NCBI GenBank assembly: GCA_009602725.1
Contig: WELB01000030.1
Span: 750,447 to 777,613 of the forward strand
DNA length: 27,167 nucleotides
Reading direction: 5' to 3'
Origin: Spirogloea muscicola
Lineage: Eukaryota
Shown in pieces: positions 1 to 9,700 of the stretch. Position 1 is the first letter of the stretch. The number at the start of each line of letters is the position of its first letter. Under the pieces are notes generated by a model. The model did not search any database, was not told where the DNA came from, and saw only the letters and a program-made list of their open reading frames with translations. Made by a program: the position numbers and the translations under genes.

Positions 1-150
1 TTGCACAGCAGATGTGCAGCTCACATATTGCACTAACACAATGCAATTTCCAGCTTCTCTGCTGCCCGTCACAGCTACCATGGTCTCGTCTTATGCTGAC
101 CTGACCCTAGCGTCAGGCTTCTCACAGAAAGCAAGCCCAAGCGAGCATAC

Positions 151-1098
151 CCCAGGAAGAATACGTAGTTGCCTGTCAGGTTGTCAACATTCTTGGTCCT
201 CTGCAGTAAGACCAGCTGAGGCAGAATTGCTACGGCCTCCAGATAAATAGAGAATGTCCACAGGACCTGCCAATATGCCACACAATATGTGAATTGACCA
301 TTGCTGACAAGCCGGGCTGTGCCAGCAACCTTTAGGTTCCCTCACTGCCATGTGTTGAGCATGGGATTGTGGTTGGGACGGGCAGACAATGGGCCACTTC
401 ACGACAGGCCAGGAACCATGCAGCCTGCGCCGAATCGATGCTGCAATGCGCAGGCATAGTCAGCCGAGCTTTCGGCCAGGAACGCCAGCACGCACTGACC
501 TCTAGGGGCTTGTAACCATTGTTGATGAGCAGCGCGAGGACGGCACAGGGCACGATGAGGAAGACGTGCCGGAACGTATCCTGCTCCTTGTCGTACGACT
601 GCCGCACGACCTTGTGCGAGCGCATGTACCAGACAATGGAGCAGGAGCTCCCGAGGAAGATGAGCTTCATCACCGTGTTGTACAGCGAGACGAAGTTGGT
701 GAACAGATCCAGGTAGCGCGTCGCGAAGACGAGCGCGTACAGCTCCTGCGTCTTCAGCGACAGCCCTGCAGAATGCAGGCAGGCAGGCAGGGCTTGCACA
801 CGCCATCAGGCAGCGCTCGTCGCCGAGGCCGCTGGTGACAGGGCCACACCACGAGGCGCGTGTTGACGACTGGGACGAAAATGACAGCCGGGCGTCCCAA
901 TGGCTGTGATGATTCTGCCAGCGATGAATCATGCCAGGTCGACGCAGGACGTGGGCTAATCCCTAGGGGAGCGGCGGCGATGGCAGTGGCGGCGGCGGCG
1001 GGCGGACCTGCGCAGGACTTGATGGTGTGGATCTTGAGGAGCAGCAGGCAGATGCTCATCAGGTGCGTCATGTCGCCGGCCAGCCGGAAGATGTTCAT
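151..1098 (-). CDS. ERD2: ER lumen protein-retaining (KDEL/HDEL) receptor, 3' part beyond the left edge of the window
   Basis: Exons 1098-1008 ([31 protein letters not shown]), 765-500 ([21 protein letters not shown]...[12 protein letters not shown]...KPLE) and 266-151 ([39 protein letters not shown]). All are GT-AG and in frame. RYLDLF and [16 protein letters not shown] are ERD2 signatures. The C-terminal exon(s) lie outside the window. Confidence 0.96.
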
Positions 1099-1211
1099 CG
1101 TGGCGGTGGTGGCGAGGCGCGTGCGCTCTCGCGCTTCCCGGGACGGTCGCCGGCCGAGCGGCTCTCACAGCCCTGCGCGGCGTAGGTGTCGCAGCCTCGC
1201 CGCCGCCGCCT

Positions 1212-1253
<42 letters not shown>

Positions 1254-1942
1254 CCCTTCGCCTCACCAGCTGAAGCAGGCCGCCGCCATCCCCCCACCGC
1301 TCGAGCTTGCGAGCCGGAATGCTCCGCGGCAACCCCGAGCCCGCAGCCAGCAGGTGCGGCGGCCGCCGCGCCAAATCCTTGCCGCCGCGCCGCCGCCGCC
1401 GCCGCCGCAGGACTGCCGGCGGGCGCGGGGACCGTCGGGGAGGGCCGCGAGGAATCTGTGGTTTGGCCCAATCGAGCAGCCTTCACCTGCTCAACTCTGC
1501 AGTACTGAATATCTGCAAGTTGGCTCTAGGATCTGCCGATGCGCAGATCTGCCGGGGCGCGCCGAACGGTCGGGGCCTGGGGCTCCCTTCCGGGGCTACA
1601 CGTGGCGCAGGACGACAGCACGAGGCGGCCAACGGGACTGCCGGCGGCGTCCCTCGGCGACGGCCACCACCGTTCCGTTTGTGTCAAGGGGCGCGTCTGG
1701 AGCGTGCAAAACTTGGAGGAAGGTGAATTTCTATCAGAAGAAGAGTCTCTCTCTATATCAGATTATTAGACCCAATCTCCCAGCGGCTTCAGCATTGGTT
1801 AACGGAATCCAGACGGCGTGCCGCTACCCAAGCGGCGCCCGCTGCTGGAACCGGACCAGCGCTGCGCCCCGTCCCTTACGGCGCCTACCGCCGCCGCCGG
1901 TCGTGGCAGCCCCGATCACCCCGACCGCCACGCCGCATCGAG
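1099..1942. promoter_or_regulatory. Divergent (probably bidirectional) promoter region between ERD2 and NDPK3
   Basis: Start codons at 1098 (-) and 1943 (+) are head-to-head. The region has a G-box/ABRE-like CACGTGGC at 1599-1606, a GGCCCA site-II-like motif at ~1464 and an AT-rich TATAT patch at ~1754. Motif function is inferred. Confidence 0.45.
1197..1408. repeat. (GCC)n microsatellite tracts upstream of ERD2
   Basis: Near-pure GCC runs at ~1197-1243 and ~1381-1408. They produce the poly-Ala/Arg/Gly spurious ORFs in the track. Confidence 0.85.
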
Positions 1943-3847
1943 ATGAGGGCCGCCGCCGCCGCCGCCCGCCTGGCGGCCCGCGCAGCCTCTGCCGCCCGGC
2001 GAGCCCACACGCAACGTATTGGTGGTAACGCTGCCCCTTCTTCCTGCTCCACACTTGCGCTCTTGTTGATCTGCTGCCTGCATTGATCGTCTCCAGGGAG
2101 GCCCTTCCTGCTCAGCCTCCGAATCAGTGACCGCCGCAGGCGGCCCTGAGTGGTCGGGGCTGACGATCTGAGGCAGCGCGCAACAGGCGGAGCTGCAACT
2201 GCGGCCAGGCGGGCTCACACCGCCCTGATCAGCAGGGCGGTTGGGAGCCATTCAAGTGGATCAAGAGGAGCGGACCGCCTGGCACCAGCATTCCTCCTTC
2301 CTGCTGCGGTCGTAGCAGGTGCGCGTGGCGACACAATAGCTGAAGCGACAAATTGAAGAACAGTGGCGTGTAGACAAGGCTACTTCCCTTTCCTATCATC
2401 TGCTTTGACTTTGTGCGAGCATGTTCAGCTGCGCTGATGAAAGTCACCTCACCTCACCTGCTTAGCTACTGCCAGGAGAGCTCACAAACTACACCGTTGC
2501 AGCAAGTGGCTGACATAACAGCATCTGACACTAAGTTCTCTGCTTCTCTGCACTGACCAGTCTGGGCGACTTCTGAGACCGTGCTTGCCTTGGAGGTGAC
2601 TGATGCAGCCCTCCATGTAGTATACCAAGGTGGTAGTGCACTTGTCCTCGTTGCGACAGCCAGGGGCACCACAGGCACCTGTGGTGCATATAGAAACACC
2701 AACGTCTGCATTGCGCTTGAGATCAGTAGGTAGTACACTTTGCTTCTGGTCTGACATGTCAGACCGAGGTTGCTCTCTTGAACCACACAGACATCCTAAT
2801 GCCTTACATATGACTTGACAATGTGCAGCAAGAACGTACATTTATTGCTGTGAAGCCTGACGGTGTACAGCGGGGTCTGGTAAGCGTGAGCATGTGCACG
2901 TACTCGCACAAAAGCGATGATACTGGCTACAAAGGCAGGCCGACTATGCTACTCTGTATTGATCCTGCATGCTCTCACCTGATAGCTACATCCTGTGCCG
3001 ATTCTGAAGTCAGACGTTCCTTGGCAGGTATCCGAGATAATTGCACGCTTTGAGAGAAAAGGCTACAAGTTGGTAGGGATCAAAATTGTGACTCCGACAA
3101 AGGAGTTCGCAGAGAAGCATTATGACGATCTCAAGAACAAGCCCTTTTTCAATGGACTAACGGACTTTCTCAGCTCTGGCCCTGTGGTTGGCATGGTATG
3201 TACCTTTCCCTTGTGCAACTAACGACGCTGTCTACAGGCTGTCGGGCATGCAGCACACTCTAGCAGGTCTACAGCCTGCATAGGCATAGCTGAGGTCTGG
3301 CGAATCAGTGTGACGAATCTTCCCTATGGCAAGGGGTAATTGACCCTGCAACTGCAGGTCTGGGAAGGCGAGGGCGTTATCAAGTACGGCAGGAAGATGA
3401 TTGGTGCTACCAATCCAAGCGCATCAGAGCCTGGGACCATTCGGGGTGATCTGGCTGTTGTTGTTGGGAGGTGAGGTCCACAACTATCGAGTGGCTGCTC
3501 ACCAGTACGATGTTTTGGACGAGACGCTAGATGATCAGCGATCTTGATCACTCTAAGGACCTCAAGAAGAGCTGCCTGGGGTCGCATTTACAGCTGGAGC
3601 CTTGATGAGCTGGGGGGTGGTTTTGCGAGGAGCTGCTGTGACCAGGGTGACCTCTGTCAGCAGGCACTCGGAATGGGCCATGAGGAGCAGGCTGCAGTGA
3701 CGAAGTATTACCTGTTCTTCATGCAGGAACATCATCCACGGTAGTGATGGGCCCGAGACTGCCAAGGACGAGATTAGCCTCTGGTTCAAAGAGGACGAGC
3801 TGGTATCTTATTCGCTGGACACAGAGAAATGGATCTACGAGAAATGA
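1943..3847 (+). CDS. NDPK3: Nucleoside diphosphate kinase, organellar NDPK3 type with N-terminal targeting extension
   Basis: Proposed exons: 1943-2024 (first donor uncertain), 2187-2318, 2561-2595 ([12 protein letters not shown]), 2829-2879 ([17 protein letters not shown]), 3028-3195, 3358-3470 ([20 protein letters not shown]...[13 protein letters not shown]) and 3727-3847 ([20 protein letters not shown]...EKWIYEK*). The catalytic HGSD motif is present. The LLPAA...VLA-E-ERTF linker matches plant NDPK3. Confidence 0.95.
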
Positions 3848-4481
3848 GGCAGAGCTCCAGCACTTCGTGTGGTCCCTGCGCTGGCTGTCAAGGAGGCTTT
3901 CAAACAGCGCTTTGAGTGTAATAAATGCCTTCTATATTGCGACTTGCTTGGTCAGCAGTGCCCTGCAGTTTCAGGGAACTTCTTTGAAGCACTTGCTATG
4001 TAGCCAATTTGACTCGTTGTAAGAGCACAGACGTGATTGTGAACGGAACACAGTTGTTGTGGTAGAGCACATTTGTGCTGGCACAAGGCTTTCCTTCCCC
4101 CTCTTGAGCCATAATTACCCCAGTTGACATTGCTGAGCACCTTGCAGATTCTCACTAAAATTGCGTGTTGGTCTAGTACCGAGATAGAGACTCAACGCAG
4201 TTGCGCTTGCAGAGAGACAGCGGAGCACAGGTGGCAACCCGCGCACCAGCTGGCGCTAGCGGCTGTTTGCAGCTGCAGGCGGCGCAATTGCCAAAGCGTT
4301 GGTCAGGTCCAGCTGCTGCGTGGCTGGACAGAGAGAATGCGGCTGCTGATATTTGAAGAATCGGCTGTAAAATGCCAGCGGCTGGACGGTGAAACGGCCA
4401 AGCTGAACGGCCCAAAGCTTGGGGCAGACCCGCCGCTTCGTTGTTGCCAGTTTCTGTGCGCGGGCCTTCGCAGGCGCCGTT

Positions 4482-4657
4482 CAAGAGCCTTGTGGAAGGC
4501 ACCGCAAGCGCCCCGCCGAGCGGATGCAAGCGGCAGTGCGGGTGGGGAGATGTCCTCCCACGAGGCAACGACACCTGCTCCCCACCGCGAGGCAACACCA
4601 ACTGCCCCGACGGGAGCCGACGCCCAAGCCGGGGGGTTGGGGTTTCAAGCCAAGGCT
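4482..4657 (+). repeat. Direct repeat copy 1 (~177 bp) of an unclassified repeat
   Basis: CAAGAGCCTTGTGGAAGGCACCGCAAGCGCCCCGCCGAGCGG...GACGGGAGCCGACGCCCAAGCCGGGGG aligns to 6461-6638 at roughly 85% identity by eye. Confidence 0.9.
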
Positions 4658-5255
4658 AACGTAGTGTTCCCACGGCGGTCGGGGACGGGGTCGAGGTCGA
4701 GGTCATGCTGAGGTGTCGCGCGCTGAGTGGAAATGACCCGTTTCACTGGAGGTCGCGCGCCGGTCATCCACCCTCCACGCCAGCGCACGTGAAGCGATGA
4801 CGCGGCCCACCGTTTGCCACTCTGGTCCCCCGTTTGACACCGTGGCTCGCCGTTTGCGGGGGGAGCGCGCGGATGTCGTACCGGGGTAGACCCCGGTACG
4901 AAACGCTCCTTTCCGGAGGATGGCGGCGGAGCCAATCGACGGCTGCCACGCACACGCGCGCCCCCGCGCCAAAATGTGTCGATTCGAAGTTCGATGCGGA
5001 GGGAGGGAGGGAGGAGGGGCTCCTCGCCCGCCTGCCCTCTCTGCGCACACTTCTCTCTGCGCTCCCCCGCCTGGCATCCCCCGCCTGGCCACCCTCCCCC
5101 GGCCGAGCTCCCCCGCGCAGCAAGAGGCGGGGAAGCCATGGCGATGCGCCTGCCTTGGTGCTCGGGTGCAGGCGGGGACGACGACCTGGTCAGCTCGGGG
5201 TCATCTCCTCAACCCTCGCCCGAGAAAGGCGTTGCGCCGCCTCTGCCGGCGACCA

Positions 5256-5741
5256 TCATCGCGCAAGGTCCTGCACAAGCTCCCGTGATCTCTTCGGCAC
5301 CGTCTTCTCCACAATAATCTTGCATGTCGTGGACGTTCCTGGACCAAAAAGGTCAGCGATCACGTTGAGATAACTCCCGCTTGCAAGACGATGGAGTGTG
5401 ACTAGTATGCACACCCCCACTGGCACCGCCTTCCGCATATTGGTGTCATGGCGTTGTAATGAGGGCCCCAGTTTCTGACATAGTATTTGGAAGGTGTTTC
5501 GTGACACTCTTACTCGAGATTTGAATAAGCCCTCATCGTAACCATGCAGTAGAGTGTGGGCGTGAATTGTCGACCTTTCATAGGACCAAAGACGTCTTCT
5601 CTTTGCTTGGTGCTCAGACGCCTTCCTCTCTTGCTCCCAAATGAGCAACGTCAACTCCTCGTCAAGGGCGATGTTGACGCCTAAGAAGATGAACATCATT
5701 AGCACCACCAGGAGTGCTATCACAATCCCTTCTTGCTCCAT
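5256..5741 (-). mobile_element. Truncated PIF/Harbinger (HARBI1/ALP1-like) transposase: N-terminal helix-turn-helix part only, no DDE domain visible
   Basis: 161-aa ORF with FKSRVRVSRNTFQILCQKLGPSLQRHDTNMRKAVPV...VTLHRLASGSYLNVIADLFGPGTSTTCKIIVE, the typical Harbinger N-terminal pattern. Similarity stops after KIIVE and no GAIDGTHI-like motif follows on this strand. A TGCAG acceptor lies 2 nt before the ATG. Confidence 0.85.
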
Positions 5742-5831
5742 GTCTGCACAAGCAGACTATGGAGAAGTTTATAGCTGAGGCTTGTATGCGAACTTTCACA
5801 ATCCTCAAACTTGTCCCAGCTCACTCACAAC

Positions 5832-6188
5832 CGGCATGTGACTTGGCATGCCCGCAAAGCTTGCAAATTGTCGACACTATGCGTGCAATAGTACCTGGGA
5901 GAATGGCAGTGCTCTTTGCGTGAGTTCAGGAATCGGCGGTGCAACTGAAGGCCGGTCCAGCCGCCTGCAAAATCCATCCAGCCACAAGTTGGCTCAGCAA
6001 CGGACGGGCGGCATGACTTGGCACGCTCGCAAAGCTTGCACACTGTCGACACAACGCGTGCAAACATACCTGGGAGAGCGGCAGTGCTCTTTGCTTGAGT
6101 TCAGGAATCGGCGGTGCAACTGAATGCCGGTCCAGCCGCCTGCAAAGTCCCTGCAGGCACAGGATGAGTCAGCAACTCATGGCGGGCT
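5832..6188 (-). repeat. Tandem duplication (period ~176 bp), each copy containing a 70-nt exon-like core
   Basis: 5832-6008 vs 6009-6188 share GGCATG..ACTTGGCA..CGCAAAGCTTGCA..TGTCGACAC..TACCTGGGAGA..GGCAGTGCTCTTTGC.TGAGTTCAGGAATCGGCGGTGCAACTGAA.GCCGGTCCAGCCGCCTGCAAA. Confidence 0.9.
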
Positions 6189-6460
6189 TGTTTGGCGGCG
6201 TGCCCGCTATGCCCTCGGCGTACGCGGTGCAGCGCTTGTGGCAGCCACCCGCAGTTGCTGATTGCACCCCCATGCGAGCGCCAGCGTTGACGCACTGCCG
6301 CTGTTGTTCTCCTCGCAGCGCGAGCTTGCAGGTTGGAGGTTGCGTNCCACCATGATGGAAGCAATTGGACTGGGCTAATGCACGCCCAGCACGCTGGTGT
6401 ATCGCGAGTGCCTGGGAGAACAGCGCTTCCAAATGGACTGGTGGCTGTGAGAGGCCGGCC

Positions 6461-6673
6461 CAAAAGCCTTGTGGAAGGCACCGCAAGCGCCCCGCCGAGC
6501 GGGATGCGAGCGGGAGCGCAGGCGGGGAGAGCTTCTCCCACTAGGCATCGACACCTGCTGCCCACCGCGAGAGAACACCGACTGCCCTGACGGGAGCCGA
6601 CGCCCAAGCCGGGGGTGTTGGAGTTCTTAGCTAAAGCTCAGCTAAGCTAAGGCTAAGCTAAAGCCAAGCTAAA
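6461..6673 (+). repeat. Direct repeat copy 2 followed by a degenerate (GCTAA)n tail
   Basis: 6461-6638 matches 4482-4657. It runs into GCTAAAGCTCAGCTAAGCTAAGGCTAAGCTAAAGCCAAGCTAAA (~6630-6673). Confidence 0.9.
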
Positions 6674-6782
6674 CCGGGGCCGGTCTGCTGGCCACGCTCG
6701 GAACGCCGCCAGAGTTGAAGCCTGAGGCGGCCAGCGGCGGCCGCGGGCCCCGCTCCGGCGACGCGCGGAGCTGTGCTCCGCC

Positions 6783-9700
6783 ATGGACGCCGAGCCGGCC
6801 GCCAGCGGTGGCGTCGGCGACGAGGGCCAGCGGCCGCGCTGGCCCGACGCCGGGCCCTTCTTCGCGCAAGTCTGCCACGGTGCGCGCCGCCCGCCGCGGC
6901 ACCCGGGATGCTGGCGGCCGCCGTGCTGCGAGCCAGCCTGCGTTGGTCAGGAGGAGCGGCATGACTTAGTGGTCGTCAGCCCGTGCTTTCCATGCAGAGC
7001 TGAAGCCGGGGGAGCTCGTCCACGGCGAGAACTTCAGCCTCTTTGAAGCTATGTCGGCGCTCGAGGTGGGCCATCCTCGCAGTCCTTCCGGCCTGCGCGC
7101 AGCTGGCGATCGCCCTCCATCTTCTCGTCCTGTACATCAGGCTGCAGCGGCAAACATAGTCGGCCGGCGTCGGATTCAGCGTCCTCAGCGTTCTCAGCGT
7201 GGGGAAGCCAAAAGCAGCGCAGACAGACGGACATACGGACCACCTGAGGGCTCCACAGCTAAGCACAGGGGAAAGAAAGCTCTGCTGGAGGGCGATCAGG
7301 CAGCAGTCACCGGTCCAGGTCCAGGTCTAGGAGCATGCGAGCAGTCCGGAAGCCGCAGCTGGCCCAGAGGACAGCGTGGAGTAGGGCGCTCTCGTGCCAA
7401 CGTCCGGCGGTGCCATTCCTGCCTCGCTGACCTTCACAGAGGGTGGGCAAAGGGGCCAGATTATGGATGCGAAGATGGATGCCGGCATGAAGTCCGGCGG
7501 CTTCAGGAGCGCAGACGAGGCCATTGCCAGTGGAGCTGCGCCAGTGGATCTCACAACCGAGCAGCTGATTGACGTCATCGACCAGATCCTGGCCTGCGAG
7601 GTCACTGCATTCTCCTTGCTCCATGGAAATTACTGTCGTGGGATGCACCTGGCATCTTCTTCTGGCGATTGCTGTCTGTCTGAGGTCAAAGCTCGGGTGC
7701 CATATTGTGCTGACCGCATCATGCAGACAGAGCTGCAATTTACCCATTCTTGGAGACCTTGGCAAGATAGTGCAGATGCATTGCTGTATGTACGGAACTG
7801 TGTGTTGCAACTTGCGACCTGCGCTTATTGCATAAGACATGTGTTACTGGTGTAGGCAATGTGGCATGCCGGCAGCTCTTTGGCGCAGACCATCTACACT
7901 TGCCTGTACTTGCTTAGGCTTGACCGCACCGAGTCCAACGTGCTGCTGCACGCATACTGCAGAATGGTGCGAGCAACCTGCAGCCTGATAAGGAACACGG
8001 TTTCCCAGGCTGACATACATGAGGTGATCATTCAATGTAGGCCTCTTGCAGCACCTAGGTGCGATGAGTAGCGTCATTTTCAATGATAGTGCAGCCTATG
8101 AAGGGGGATTTGCTGTCATCTTTGTTGGTCCAGCTAGCACCTTCGAGTCTTGACTGATTGCAGTTGGCACACTCTGGTGTCTCACAATAGGAAGAAGACT
8201 TCTCTACAATGTCATACGGCCTACCGTTAGTGGAGGGTGAAAGTGACGGCAAGTGTGTTCCCCTGCTTAACACCGTTGAGGAGACGCTGATGAGACAGCT
8301 CAGTGCTGCTGAGAAGCCGGGCTTTAATGGTGCCCCAGAAGGTTAGCAGCACCCTGTGTACTCGGATGAAAAGTGAGGTATTACCAGGAGCTTGTAGTCA
8401 TTCTGACTGGCAGCAGTCAATAGCTGCAATATTGAGCTGAGCTGAGCTACGTGCATCGTGATATGCATGTCATAGGAACAGGACTGAAACTGCGTGGTTG
8501 GTTTGGTGCCGCCACTGCCTTGCATATTGACTGCACTCATAATGTGACAGATTATGCTTGTCGCAGACTCTGAGAAAGTGCCAGGGAATTTGTTGCTAGA
8601 CGACCAACAGTGCCACCACCTCCTCATGCGCTTGAGGTTTCGAAAGGCATTACACGAGGTCTTCACAAGCATAAATCAACCACAGGGCGAGGGCTTGCCT
8701 GCGGCTCGCAAGCACATTGTGGCTGCTACCGAAGAGCTGAAGAAGCTCAAACTGTTGAAGTGCAACCAGGAGCAAGAACCACAGGCTCTTACGGCTGTTG
8801 ATGGCAGCCTGCAGTCGCAGAAAGATTTTTCGAGTCCTTCACATTCTGTGCCGCAAAGTGAAGACCAGTTGGGTTCTGCTCCCAATACTTCATCTCTACA
8901 CACTACTGCTAGTGCATCTCCTGGAGCACAGCGTCGTATGGAGCCTGCGCTGCCAGCTGCCTCCTCGTCCCCGCCAACAAGTACCCCCGGAGAAGCAGCT
9001 CGAGGCACAAGTATTGACGATTCCGAACCTTGCACGTGCTCTGGGAGACCAGCGCTTGGCTTTGAGGAGAGCGTCAATAGGAGACTCCTGGCTCCAACAC
9101 CACCACGACCCATCCGCCTGTACAGCTGGAGAAAGGTGAGTGAGCCAAAAGTCCAGCTTTGTCATGAGGCATCGGCAACATGGGCATGAAGCTGGAACTC
9201 ATCATAGCTTATCTAAGCTATCTGTGGTCTAATTTACATGAATGAGCATTTGGTTTATGCAGACACTTGAAGCTTTCGAGCACCTGTTGTCAGATCTGGA
9301 TCGGCTGTGCACCCTGCCACATATAATTACGTTAGAGGAGCTGCAGCAATTTATCAATGACTTCCAGCTGTCGGATCCTGGACCAATTGCAAGGGCGCAA
9401 GTAGAGGTATCATAGCCTTCATGCGTCGAACTGTGCAGCCTGTGTAGAGATGGTGCGTTGGAATAGTGCGTGGTGTTGTACTCGCTATATTTGACTGATA
9501 TAGCACTAAAGCCCTGACACCATACTGCCTCATCCCCTGGTGACGCTACTGTAACTCTTGCCTAGCTATAGTGGTCATGTAAGAACTGTCAACGCATTGT
9601 CAATGATGTACTGTTGCTTCCCTGCCTGGTTGCAGCTAGTAGTGCTCCAAGAAGGGAAAGTCCTTGGACTACAGCCGGTTGCAAACTATGTATATCACGC

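Noticed and set aside
956..2028. Long Arg/Ala/Gly-rich ORFs (e.g. 1186-2028, 956-1486)
   Set aside because: Products of GCC repeats and stop-poor GC-rich DNA in a divergent promoter; no domain signal.
4482..4657. Telomerase RNA, HDV/hammerhead ribozyme or group II intron domain V
   Set aside because: No CTAAACCCT template and no CTGATGA/GAAA core. The HDV P1-P3 and domain V pairings could not be completed.
4153..4666. CACTA at 4153 and GTAGTG at 4661-4666 as CACTA element ends
   Set aside because: Similarity ends after 5 bp and the 3-bp flanks differ (TCT vs TTC).
4920..4960. IDGCH in ORF 4920-5288, resembling the first DDE motif of Harbinger transposases
   Set aside because: It is on the opposite strand to the transposase fragment, with no flanking similarity and no later DDE motifs; likely chance.
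4482..6638. Canonical LTR retrotransposon or TRIM
   Set aside because: No TG...CA ends, TSD, primer-binding site or polypurine tract, and no gag/pol similarity.
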